Under the pieces are notes generated by a model. That model saw nothing but the letters and a program-made list of their open reading frames with translations. It searched no databases and was not told the origin of the DNA. The translations under genes and the position numbers were made by a program. This document shows positions 1-11,088 of a DNA stretch of 36,308 bases, one piece after another (the stretch's first letter is position 1; each line of letters begins with the position of its first letter). Origin of the DNA: Octopus sinensis (lineage: Eukaryota). The stretch is taken from contig NW_021826213.1 of NCBI RefSeq assembly GCF_006345805.1, positions 1-36,308 on the forward strand, read 5' to 3'.

Positions 1-293
1 TGAATTATTCACCCCTTGAAACATGGATGTTTCATTCATCGTCCTTAATAAACCATTATCCTGTGACATTTTGAGTGGGAAGTGGCCCCACTTGTTTATC
101 TTGACATGAGATAAACAAGAGATATGAGATAAGATATGAGATAAACAACTGTTTATCTTTATATGAGATCACCATATCGCGCACATATGGCTGTGATGCA
201 TATGCCTGGTGTACCGTTATCAGACGGGTAGTCATAATGGATATATGAGACTTCGTATATTTGTACTCCAGTATCACTTTGATGGCATGCGCT
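1..293 (+). mobile_element. Partial diverged copy of the ~500 bp (AAT)n-associated interspersed repeat (runs off window start)
   Basis: Aligns by eye to 2705-3142 and 3512-4047 (e.g. gagatcaccat...tatcagacgggtagtcat...tcactttgatggcatgc). Confidence 0.8.
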
Positions 294-1385
294 AATCTGT
301 GGAAACGATGTAAAATCCAGAAATGGAAGAAAGATGAAGGGAAAACAGATTCTCATCAAGAGAACTGCTTTCAGCAAAAGAAACACTGTAACAAAAAGTC
401 CAAGCAAAAGCTTAAAGAATACAAAGATTTGAGAAGGGAACCAATTTTTACAAGCAAAATAAGTTGTTCATATCCAATGCGAAAACATTCTACAGAGAAA
501 TAGGGAAGGAGAAAATAATCGTTGAAGACCTCAGCCGACATGGAAGAAGTTGAAAACTTTTGTAAAAATATCTGGAATAATGAAAAGACATACAATGAAA
601 CTGTAGACTGGATTAAACGCACAGAAGGATCCTACCAAAACTTGCCTGAACAAGCATGGGAGGACATCACAATAGCAGACCCAAGGATGACACTCAAGAA
701 GGTTCATAAGTGGAAATCCTCTGGTAATGATAGGGTACCAAATTTCTGGCTTGCATCGCTCCTGTGCACACATGAAAAGTTAATTCAGTTATTCAATGAA
801 ATTATGAGAAATCTTACGAAGAAACCTGATTGGTTAGAAAGAGGTATTGCTTACCTACTCCCGAAGAATAATGAAATCAAATTTCCTCAAAACTATCGGC
901 CCATAATATGTCTGTCTACCACGTATAAAAGTTTAACATCCATCCTCGTGGAGAAAACAGACAAACTTATGGAACAGAAGGATGCTTTCCCCACTGAACG
1001 AAAATGATGTCAACGGGGCTCGTATGGATGCAAAGATCAACTCTTAATCAATCGCATGATCTTTGAAAACTGTCATAACAAACGCAAAAATCTCAGTTCC
1101 GCATGGATTGATTATGAAAAGGCCTTTAACAGCATACCAGATTCATGGATTTGAAATCGTTAGATATATTCAAAATTTATCCTGTGATTTCAGACTTCCT
1201 GAAGCACAACATGTCAGTGTGAATACGAATCTCCAATTATACCACTCTAATGGAGTACTGACTACAAAAAAATTAACATCAACTGTTGCATTTTCCAAGG
1301 TGACTCACTGATGTAGACCAGAAGAACACTCATCAGTGGCCACAGAGCTCAGGGCTGAAGGCAGAGAGTGAAGGCTTTATCTTGA
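294..1385 (+). pseudogene. Decayed R4/Dong-clade non-LTR retrotransposon ORF: pre-RT region, RT domains 0-4, then an internal deletion to the pre-zinc-knuckle region
   Basis: Manual translation across stops and frameshifts gives QKVQAKA*RIQRFEKGTNFYKQNKLF...FYREIGK, EEVENFCKNIW, NYRPIICLSTTYKSLTSIL, CQRGSYGCKDQLLINRMI, AWIDYEKAFNSIPDSWI, IFQGDSL, then DVDQKNTHQWPQSSGLKAESEGFIL. These match R4-clade motifs as I recall them. Confidence 0.85.
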
Positions 1386-1610
1386 CTTTGTAAATAAACA
1401 ATCTCGTGAGTTTATTTTAATGGCCTACCAATATATACAGTACGTTTCTCTACCCTAGGTGTCAGGAAGACACGCGGCAAGAATGTCCGAGGTATTGCTC
1501 GTATTTTTCTGGCGTCCACGTAACTTAAAGTAACATGAAGGTATATATCAGCCTGCAGCTCAATTAACACAACTCCAACTGAATGCGTAGCGTGCTAATT
1601 CTGTTCACTT

Positions 1611-1659
1611 ACACATACATACATACATACATACATACATACATACATACATACATACA

Positions 1660-1686
<27 letters not shown>
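1611..1686. repeat. (ACAT)n microsatellite
   Basis: Pure tetranucleotide run. Confidence 0.95.
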
Positions 1687-1691
<5 letters not shown>

Positions 1692-2090
1692 CATGGAGAA
1701 CAATAAATACAGAATAAAAATAAAGAAAAAGAAATACATATATAAGGAAATTACATGGTGTCTTAACAAGATAGCTGTTCCAGGAAGCCAAGTGTTGCGT
1801 ATTAATCGAATTTGCCGGTTATATATGCAAAAAAATACAAGAATAACGAGAAATCATGGGAGTGCAACAGGGGATCAGTCACGGGAAGATATTACACTTA
1901 AGTCTGGCTTATATTTTCGAGAGGACACTGCCAACGAATTTGGATATATGTAATGAACGAGCCCACTGTGAAAGATTTCAGACCTTGTGTCTGTGGTAGA
2001 AAGTATTATTATTGTTATTAAGAATAGGTATGTAACCCCCCACCCCGCTTTTTTAAGGCGTGATATGAGGTCAATTTAACTGCAATTTCT

Positions 2091-2503
2091 TATTTCTTTA
2101 TTGCCCACAATGGCTAAACAGAGAGGGGACAAACAAGGACAGACAAAGGGATTAAGTCGATTACATCGACGCCAGTGCGTAACTGGAACTTAATTTATCG
2201 ACCCTGAAAGTATGAAAGGCAAAGTCGACCTCGGCGGGATTTGAACTCAGAACGTAACGGCAGGCGAAATACCTATTTCTTTATTGTCCACAAGGGGCTA
2301 AACACAGAGGGGACAAACAAGGACAGACATAGGTATTAAGTCGATTACATCGAAACCAGTGCGTAACTGGTACTTAATTTATCGACCCCGAAAGGATGAA
2401 AGGCAAAGTCGACCTCGGCGGAATTTGAACTCACAACATAACGCAGACGAAATACCGCTAAGCATTTCGCCCGGCGTGCTAACGTTTCTGCCAGCTCGTC
2501 GCC
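2091..2503 (-). mobile_element. tRNA-derived SINE family A, dimeric (head plus two 183-bp bodies), with 16-bp TSD
   Basis: Head GGCGACGAGCTGGCAGAAACGTTAGC (A-box-like) at the right end; B-box GAGTTCAAATTCC in each body; units 2091-2273 and 2274-2456; tttaactgcaatttct at 2075-2090 and 2504-2519. Confidence 0.9.
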
Positions 2504-2704
2504 TTTAACTGCAATTTCTAGCAAACTGAGAGACAGAGCGGACTTTGAGGTTGTCTCGTTGTTTCATACAAGATGCGGCAACGACGGCGGCAGCGGCGGC
2601 GGAGGTGGTGGTGATAGTGATAATGTTTGTTTTTGTCGGTGGTGTAGTTGCTGCTATTATTCCTGTTGTTCTGTTGCTCTTGTTATAGTTGTTGGCATCC
2701 TTGT

Positions 2705-3142
2705 TCAATACCACCGATTTGCTTGTCAGTTGTTTGACCATAACCAGTTGAGTATGTCCCTTAGTGGCTGACGATATGTGCATCTCTGATCATCAGCAGA
2801 AGTAGTGGAGAGCATCATAGCCATATGCTCAGAGGAATTCTTTGGAGTTTGGATAATTCATCTTTGGAAACACGAGTGTTTCGATCAACATCCTTAAACA
2901 ACCCTTATTCAGAGACCTTTTGATCGGGATGGGCTACTCAACCAGAAGAAAAAATTCTAACTGGGCCTCACCTGCAAGGTCATGCGCTGTTTATCTTAAT
3001 ATGAAATCACTATTTCGTTCTTATATGGTTGTAATGCATGTGCCTAGTGTACTCTTATCAGACGGGTGGTCATGATGGGTTTACTGGGCTTCGTATATTT
3101 TACCCCAGTGTCACTTTGATGGCATGCACTGCTCTCTCACTC
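2705..3142 (+). mobile_element. (AAT)n-associated interspersed repeat, copy 2 (left end truncated)
   Basis: Closely matches 3610-4047; ends ...gctctctcactc followed by (GAT)n(AAT)n. Confidence 0.85.
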
Positions 3143-3167
3143 AATGATGATGATGATGATGATGATG

Positions 3168-3210
<43 letters not shown>

Positions 3211-3232
3211 CAACAACAACAACAACAACAAC

Positions 3233-3281
<49 letters not shown>

Positions 3282-3285
3282 TATA
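3143..3285. repeat. Compound (GAT)n(AAT)n(AAC)n(AAT)n microsatellite
   Basis: Direct reading; source of the poly-N/I/Y ORFs. Confidence 0.95.
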
Positions 3286-3290
3286 ATAAA

Positions 3291-3540
3291 GTGGCTCTCA
3301 TGGCTTCTTGTCTTAACAGTGGCTCTCATGGCTTCTTGTCTTAACCAGTACCAGGCAGTGGCTCTCATGGCGTCTTGTCTTAACCAGTACCAGGCAGTGG
3401 CTCTCATGGCGTCTTGTCTTAACCAGTACCAGGCAGTGGCTCTCATGGCTTCTTGTCTTATCCAGTACCAGGCAGTGGCTCTCATGGCTTCTTGTCTTAA
3501 CCAGTACCAGGCAGTGGCTCTCATGGCTTCTTGTCTTAAC
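3291..3540 (+). repeat. 39-bp minisatellite, about 6.5 copies, formed from the left end of the adjacent repeat
   Basis: Unit cagtggctctcatggcttcttgtcttaaccagtaccagg starting at 3317, 3356, 3395, 3434, 3473, with partial units at 3291 and 3512. Confidence 0.95.
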
Positions 3541-4047
3541 TGATTGGAAGTGTTATCATGTACATTGTTTTGTCTTGGTATAAAAGATGGGCTACAGCAA
3601 ATATTCTGCTCAATACCACAGATTTGCTTGTCAGTTGCTTGACCTTAACCAGTTGAGCATGTCCCTTAGTGGCTGACGATATGTGCATCTCTGATCACGA
3701 GCAGAAGTAGTGGGGGAGTATCATAGCCATGTGTTGAGAGGGATTCTTTGGGGTTTGAATAATTCACCTCTGGAAACATGGGTGTTTCGTTCAACATCCT
3801 TAAACAACCCTTATTCAGGGACCTTTTGAGCGGGATGGGTTACTCGACCAGAAGAAAATTCTAACTGGGCCCCACCTGCAAGGTCATGCGCTGTTTATCT
3901 TGATATGAGATCACCATGTCACACACACATGGTTGTGATGTATGTGCCTGGTGTACCCTTATCAGACGGGTAGTCATGATGGGTATACTGGGCTTCGTAT
4001 ATTTTTACCCCAGTGTCACTTTGATGGCATGCACCACTCTCTCACTC
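3512..4047 (+). mobile_element. (AAT)n-associated interspersed repeat, copy 3 (most complete)
   Basis: Non-coding in the frames I checked, flanked by (AAT)n on both sides, homologous to copies 1 and 2. Confidence 0.85.
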
Positions 4048-4103
<56 letters not shown>

Positions 4104-4197
4104 TAACAATAACAATAATAATAATAATAATAATAATAACAATAATAATAATAATAATAACAATAACAATAATAATAATAATAATAATAATAACAAT

Positions 4198-4284
<87 letters not shown>
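4048..4284. repeat. (AAT)n/(AAC)n compound microsatellite
   Basis: Direct reading. Confidence 0.95.
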
Positions 4285-4285
<1 letters not shown>

Positions 4286-4660
4286 TCGCAACAGGTATAG
4301 TAATACCTCAGCAGCACAGTATATTAACTGGGTAATTTGCAAAGACTTGGACCCGCCCCATGATAAAAAATGGTGGGAACACAAACCACCTCCAGCGCTT
4401 GAAAATGATCACATATCACTCCTTTTGCAATTTTACTGTCCAAGCTGACAGAAAGATAGATGCAAATATGCCGGACATTAATTACATTGAAGGATTTGAG
4501 ACAACAAACGTACCTCCTCATCGATATGACTATCCCAACCGACATAAATGTATCTAAGACCTACCAAAACCTGAGCAAGTATAAACATTTTGAAATAGAA
4601 ATTGGCAAAATGTGGATTCTCAACACTAAAACAAGACCTGCTGTCACAGGAATGATAGTG
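4285..4660 (+). pseudogene. R4/Dong-clade restriction-like endonuclease (PD-(D/E)xK) domain fragment, frameshifted
   Basis: Translation across two frameshifts: QYINWVICKDLDPPHDKKWWEHKPPPALENDHISL / CNFTVQADRKIDANMPDI / LKDLRQQTYLLIDMTIPTDINVSKTYQNLSKYKHFEIEIGKMW. This matches the NRPDI...IDxTIPxD...KYxxLxxEI endonuclease signature. Confidence 0.85.
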
Positions 4661-4704
4661 ATAGCATAGTAGAAAGGATTGTTATTATTATTATTATTGT
4701 TACC

Positions 4705-5035
4705 AAGGCGGCGTTAGCATGCCGATCGTTAGCATGCTGGACGAAATGCTTAGCGGTATTTCGTCTGCCGCTACGTTCTGAGTTCAAATTCCGCCGAGGT
4801 CGACTTTGCTTTTCATCCATACGGGGCCGATTAAACAAGTACCAGTTACGCACTGGGGTCGATATAATCGACTTAATCCGTTTGTCTGTCCTTGTTTGTC
4901 CTCTCTGTATTTAGCCCCTTATGGGTAGTAAAGAAATAGGTATTTCGCCTGTGGCAACGTTGTGAGTTCAAATTCCGCCCAGGTCGACTTTGCCTTTCAT
5001 CCTTTCAGGGTTGATAAATTAAGTACCAGTAAAAC

Positions 5036-5036
<1 letters not shown>
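4705..5036 (+). mobile_element. SINE family A, head plus body plus partial second body
   Basis: aaggcggcg...gagttcaaattccgccgaggtcgactttgc...gtaaagaaata|ggtatttcg junction at about 4938. Confidence 0.9.
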
Positions 5037-5066
<30 letters not shown>

Positions 5067-5556
5067 CTTCTTCTTCCAATCAGGACTCACACCATTAGCC
5101 ACAAAGAATAATCTCTCATTCGGGGCTACTCTAAGCTACTAAGAATGCGTGTGGCAACTTGAAGATCCACCCACCACATGCGATAGAGTGGCGGTTGCAC
5201 GGGCGCGAAAGCTACATTGTTATCCTCATTCCGTAAATGGTGGCTTTTAACGGGTGGAGAGCTGAACCATCCTGGGGTACAGAGGATTCGCAATCTAGAC
5301 TAGGGTCTGAAAGTTTTACCACACCATAGTGGGTTACACCATGGTTCCTCTGCTTTTGTGGCAGAAGTAGGAAGAAAGTGTGAGAGAAAGGTGTGGTGAA
5401 AGAATACAGCGGGGTTCATTCCCCACCCCCGCCGGAGACTCGTGGCACTTATGTGTTTTTGCTCAATAAATCCTCACAATGCCCAGTCTGGGAATCGAAA
5501 CCGCGTTCTTACGACCTCGAGTCCGCTGCTCTAACCACTGGGCCATTGCGCCTCCA
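5037..5556 (-). mobile_element. tRNA-derived SINE family C with tail G and (AAG)n tail, full length
   Basis: Minus strand reads GGAGGCGCAATGGCCCAGTGGTTAGAGCAGCGGAC...GGTTTCGATTCCC (A and B boxes); homologous to 27652-28146; (CTT)n at 5037-5076. Confidence 0.9.
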
Positions 5557-6345
5557 CTGTTGTTGCTATTGTAGCCATTCCTGTTGTTCTTGATGGTAGT
5601 AGCGGTCGTGTTGGTGGTAGTGCTTGTGGTAGTGGTGATACTTGCAGTGGTTGTGACGGTGATGGCGCAGCGTTTGTCCTTATGGCGATAATCATTGCTT
5701 TTCGCCTTATTGATGAAGTGTGAATTACTGCTTGAACATGAATGGGGGGATGGAACCCCCACCTTCCCACCACCACCGCGACAATAGCAACAACCACACC
5801 CACCACAACCACCACTACTATCACCACCACCAGCACCACCACACCGCTACAACACCAACAGCAGCTATCATAACTGCCATCACCACCACCGCCATCATTA
5901 CCACTGTTACCACCAGAACCACCACAACAACCATCACCACCACCACTACCACCACCACCACCATCGCCGCCACCACCACCACCGCCGCCGCCGCCACCAT
6001 CACCAATTTCACTACCATCACCACCATCACCACCTTCACTACCATCACCACCACCATCACCTTCACTACCATCACCACCACCATCACCGCCACCACCACC
6101 GCCACCACCACCACCACCACCTTCACCAAAATCACCTTCCCCAAAACCACCACCACCTCCACCACCATCACCATCATCATCGCCACCATCAAAAAGCACC
6201 ATCACCAAAAAGCACCACCACCGTCACCATCGCCGCCGCCGCCGCTGCCGTCACCTCCACCAGCCCCAGTACGAGCACCACCACCACCACAACCATCTCA
6301 ACCACCACCAGCAGCTACAACACCATCAACAATACTAAAAGACAT
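5557..6345. repeat. Cryptic trinucleotide low-complexity tract (GTT/GGT, then CAC/CAT/CGC)
   Basis: Degenerate triplet runs giving poly-T/H/P/G/V ORFs in all frames. Confidence 0.85.
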
Positions 6346-6619
6346 GGTGTGAAGTCTTTATGTTTAACTGTGAAAAAGACATTTGGCGTATCTTTTATGC
6401 CGTTATTTATTTACTTGTTTACGTTTTTTTCTTTCTATTTCAAAGAGTTTAATTGCATATTCTTCATGCTGGCCTTCCCTCTCGACTACGGTTTAAGAGA
6501 ACCGAGGATTAAATGTAATTATGGGATAATTATGGCATAGAAAGATAGAATAATAGAATAATAGCCTAACGGACAGCCATATAGATTCATAGACAGCAGG
6601 GATATATTGGTAGATAAAT

Positions 6620-6635
6620 AGAGGGATGGGTAGAG

Positions 6636-6678
<43 letters not shown>

Positions 6679-6901
6679 GAGATAGATAGATAGATAGATA
6701 CATAGATAGATAGATAGATGGATGGATGGATAGATAGATAGATAGATAGGTAGATAGATGGATGAATAGATACATAGTTATACTGGGTGCATACACATCT
6801 AGTAGGATAGATATGTGGATAGTTGGAGACACATACAAAAGTATATGTATATATAAATATATATATATATATATATGTATATTATACTTATATAAACACA
6901 C

Positions 6902-6970
<69 letters not shown>

Positions 6971-7262
6971 ATACATATAGTATCTATGTATGCATATATG
7001 TGTGTGTGTAATATATATGTATATGCCTATATTTCTCACTGTCTCTATATGCATATATATGTATATATTTTATGTATATGTGTATGTATGTATGCATGTA
7101 TACATACATATATATATATATACACACATACATACACACACATACATATATACATATACGCACACACACAGATATATATATATATATATACATACAGACG
7201 TGTACATACATACATATAAATGTATATACGTGCGTGTATGTGTGTATATATACGCACATATA
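6620..7262. repeat. (AGAT)n, (AT)n and (AC)n compound microsatellites
   Basis: Direct reading. Confidence 0.9.
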
Positions 7263-7699
7263 CAACGAAGGATAGAGTGAAAGATAGATGGCTTCACTGT
7301 TGAACTGAAGAAAATCCAATATATGGATTTTATATTGGTTTTTATTTGTGCAATATTCTCTCAAGTGTGAGTATCAAATTTTACGCCATTGCATCTATGT
7401 TCTTCGTGCACCACCCCACACTTCATGGGGCGTACCAATTTTCATATAAATATCTTTTAATTGGTCTACACTGTACGTGATGGGCTTGTACATTGCATTA
7501 TACGCCCTTTTCATAAACAAGTATACAACGCTAGATTGATTGGGCCACGCCTACTTTATTTACGTTACATAATAAGAAAAAAATATTTAAATATTTAACC
7601 ATCGGTTAACAAGATTGTTAATGAACAAAAACAAAAGCGATCTTTTCATTAGCGTATGTTGTGAATACTTAAATATATTTTATATTTCTGATTATTATA

Positions 7700-8152
7700 T
7701 CTATATATGTGGTCAAATGTTGAATTTTGCGCTACTAACTTATTAGTTAACCAAAACGTGGTCAATGGCTGGATTTTTCACAACTAACTAATTGTTAACC
7801 GCAATGAGATCAGTAGTTGTACTAACTCATTATTTATCCATGCTATAGTCGATAATTAAATTTTTTACCACTAATTTATTACTTAACCACAATAGGGTCA
7901 AAAGATGAATTTTGCAGTACTAACTTGTTATTTAACCACAATGCGGTCAATATTTGAATTTTGTATTACTGACTTATATAACCATCATATAATCAATATT
8001 TGAATTTTGTACTACTAACTTATAATATAACTACAATGTGGTTAAATTTTTTACCACTAGCTTATTTAATCACATTGTGGTCAATAATTGAATTTTGTAC
8101 TAACTTATTATTTAACCACGGTTTTGAATTTTGTATTCCTAGCTTATTATTT
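7700..8152 (+). repeat. Degenerate ~49-bp AT-rich minisatellite; remnants continue at about 8440-8500 and 8990-9150
   Basis: Consensus near ttaaccacaatgtggtcaatatttgaattttgtactactaacttattat; ttaaccacaat at 7883 and 7932 gives a period of 49. Confidence 0.8.
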
Positions 8153-8400
8153 GTGGAGGCGCATGGCTTAGTGGTTTGGGTGTTGGACTCATGATCATAC
8201 GATTGTGGTTTCGATTCCCGGACTGGGTAATGTGTTGTGTTCTTGAGCAAAACACTTCATTTCATGTTGCTCCATTTCACCCAGTTGGCAAAAATGAGTA
8301 ATCCTGTGACAGACGGGCGTCCCATCCAGGTGATGAATATATATAGGCCATGGAAACCGGGAAACCGGCTCTTATGTATCTCTATGACTCAGGAAGAGAA
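8153..8400 (+). mobile_element. SINE family D variant (tRNA head, central gttgtgttcttgagcaaaacactt block, distinct tail)
   Basis: gtggaggcgcatggcttagtggtt...ggtttcgattcccgg (A and B boxes); central block shared with 29778-30098. Confidence 0.8.
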
Positions 8401-8518
8401 TTTATCCTTTGTTTTTTTATTTTTTATTTTTTTATTAATCCTGACATTTAATCACAATGTAATCAATAGCTGAATTTTGAATTACTTGTGATCAGATTTA
8501 TGATATATTTTATATATT

Positions 8519-8731
8519 ATTCTTTTACTTGTTTCAGTCAGTTGACTGTGGCCATACTGGAGCACCGCCTTTTAGTCGAGCATATCGACTCCAGGACTTA
8601 TTCTTTGTAAGCCTAGTACTTATTCTATCGATCTCTTTTGCCGAACCGCTAAGTTACGGGGACGTAAACACACCAGAATCGGTTGTCAAGCGATGTTGGG
8701 GGTGGGGGACAAACACAGACACACAAACATA

Positions 8732-8780
<49 letters not shown>

Positions 8781-8980
8781 ACACACACACTATATATATA
8801 TATATATATATATATACGACGGTCTTATTTCAGTTTCCGTCTACCAAATCCACTCACAAGGCTTTGGTCGGCCCAAGGTTATAGTGGAAGACACTTGCCC
8901 AAGGTGCCATGCAGTGGGACTGAACCCGGAACCATATCGTTCGTAAGCAAGCTACTTACCACACAGCCACTCCTACGCCT
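8519..8980 (-). mobile_element. SINE family B, full length, with internal (CA)n(TA)n
   Basis: Reverse complement of 21607-22006; head GGCGTAGGAGTGGCTGTGTGGTAAG, tail ...GAAACAAGTAAAAGAAT. Confidence 0.92.
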
Positions 8981-9377
8981 ACAACAATTATATCTATATT
9001 ACTAACAATCATATCTATATATGTGCTCGATAGTTGAATTTTTTTCCAGTACAAAGTTATTTAATCAATGTCGTCAGTATTCCAAATTCGTATTATTAAT
9101 ATACCTATTATATCTAGATAAGTGGTTAAATGTTACTTCTACATATTTGGTCAGCATATGGATGTATTGGCACAAATAACATAGAAGTTCCCTCTTTGGT
9201 TCATTTGTTGTTGTTGTTGCTGTTATTGTTGTATTTTTAAATTAAATGTAGATGCAGACACATTTAACTGACTTATAAAACACGGAAGAAAAAAAAGTAA
9301 TCCGAAAACCAGGAGTATCTAGCAGGATTCGAAACCAGAATGTCGAGTTCACCGCATGACACTATGGCTTGTATATA

Positions 9378-9587
9378 GACGGCAAGCTGGCATAGACGTT
9401 AGCACGCCGGGCGAAATGCGTAGCCGTATTTCGTCTGCCGTTACGTTCTGAGTTCAAATTCCGCCGAGGTCGACTTTACTTTTCATCCTTTCGGGGTCGA
9501 TTAAATTAGTACCAGTTATGCACTGGGGTCGATGTAATCGGCTTAATCCGTTTGTCTCTCCTTGGTTGTTCCTTCTATGTTTCCTCT
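9378..9587 (+). mobile_element. SINE family A monomer
   Basis: gacggcaagctggcatagacgttagc...gagttcaaattccgccgagg. Confidence 0.88.
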
Positions 9588-9669
9588 GCGGAATTTGAAC
9601 TCAGAAAGTAGCGATGGTCGAAATACCGCTAATCATTTCGTCCGGCGCGCTACCGATTCTGCCATCTCG

Positions 9670-9673
<4 letters not shown>
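9588..9673 (-). mobile_element. SINE family A head fragment, inverted against the preceding copy
   Basis: gcggaatttgaactcag...ctgccatctcgcctt is the reverse complement of the family A head. Confidence 0.8.
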
Positions 9674-9764
<91 letters not shown>

Positions 9765-9876
9765 CATTTATACACACACACACATATACACATACACATT
9801 TATACGTGTATGTATGCATATATACATTTACATGAGTGTGTGTGTATATATATACATACACACTGACACACCACAT

Positions 9877-9913
<37 letters not shown>

Positions 9914-10000
9914 AATATGTATGTATATATTTGCATGTATGTATATGTATGTTGCATGCATGTATGTATATATATGTATTTGTGTATGTATATGTTTTTG
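9674..10000. repeat. (AT)n/(AC)n/(ATGT)n compound microsatellite
   Basis: Direct reading. Confidence 0.92.
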
Positions 10001-10448
10001 ATATTAGTCGCAAACATTTCTTTGATACATGCAAAATTGAAAAGACCTCCACATCCGGTTGATGAGTTTAATGGCGTGAGCGCATTTCTTCTAAAACTCC
10101 CACGACGCATTTCTTTACATCTAAAGTCATATGAAAAGCGAGACGTAGGATGGACATGTTTTGTTACAAAACATTCGATCAAAAACCATCTCACCACACA
10201 ATCACACTGGTTTGAATCATGATCAAATACTACAACACATCATCACACACCGTCGCACCACCTCACTCATATCATAAACATTAAATTAAAGCGGAAATAG
10301 GTTATTGATAACACAATCATTTAATATAACATCAGAAGAGAGGAAGCAAAATTGAAAAAAAATAAAATAAAAATAACCACACCCGCCGAAAAATATATTT
10401 GAAGCCATATTCTGAAATTTGGATTCTTTTATTCTTTTATCCTATTAA

Positions 10449-10500
10449 TTCTTTTACTTGTTTCAGTCATTTGACTGTGGCCATACTGGAGCACCGCCTT
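10449..10500 (-). mobile_element. SINE family B tail fragment
   Basis: ttcttttacttgtttcagtcatttgactgtggccatactggagcaccgcctt matches 8521-8571. Confidence 0.85.
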
Positions 10501-10542
10501 ACCAAACATCCTCAGTAATGATGATGATGATGGTGGTTTTAC

Positions 10543-10925
10543 AGTTTGGTACAAGGCCAGCAATTTCAGGCGTAGGGTTACGTCGATAACATCGACCCCA
10601 GTGTTTAACTGGTACTTATTTTATCGGTCGCGAAAGGATGAAAGGCAAAGTCGAACTTGGCGGAATTTAAACTCAAAACGTAAAAGACAGGCGAAATGCC
10701 TATTTCTTTACTACCCACAAGGGGCTAAACACAGAGGGGACAAAGAAGGAGAGACAAAGGGATTAAGTCGATTACATCGACCCCAGTGCGTAACTGGTAC
10801 TTGTTTAATCGACCCCGAAAGAATGAAAGGCAAAGTCGACCTCGGCGGAATTTGAACTCAGAACGTAGCGGCAGACGAAAAGCATTTCGCCCGGCGTGCT
10901 AACGTTTCTGCTAGCCGCCGCCTTA
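10543..10925 (-). mobile_element. SINE family A dimer; the distal unit has an alternative tail
   Basis: Junction gaaatgcc|tatttc at about 10700; head at 10880-10925; distal tail tttggtacaaggccagcaattt differs from the standard tail. Confidence 0.85.
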
Positions 10926-10949
10926 GACAGGAGAAATACCGCTGAGCAT

Positions 10950-11088
10950 TACTTTCTACTATAGGCAAAAGGCCTGAAATTTTGGTGTTCGAAGGCTAGT
11001 CAACTATATCGACCCCAGTGCTTGATGGGAACTTATTTCACCGACCTCTAAAGATAACGGCGAAATAGACTGCAGCGGAATTAGAACT
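10950..11088 (-). mobile_element. Old diverged SINE family A-related copy with a third tail type
   Basis: ttctactataggcaaaaggcctgaaattt...atcgaccccagtg...gcggaattagaact. Confidence 0.65.

Noticed and set aside
3141-3543. ORFs with 13-aa repeats (MRATAWYWLRQEA / MASCLNQYQAVAL)
   Set aside because: A consequence of a 39-bp unit divisible by three; flanked by microsatellite and a non-coding repeat.
5531-6352. 210-225 aa Thr/His/Pro- or Gly-rich ORFs
   Set aside because: Degenerate CAC/CAT triplet repeat, open in many frames, with no splice or domain support.
10029-10120. Minus-strand segment [25 protein letters not shown] after a possible acceptor
   Set aside because: No convincing donor and no recognisable homology.
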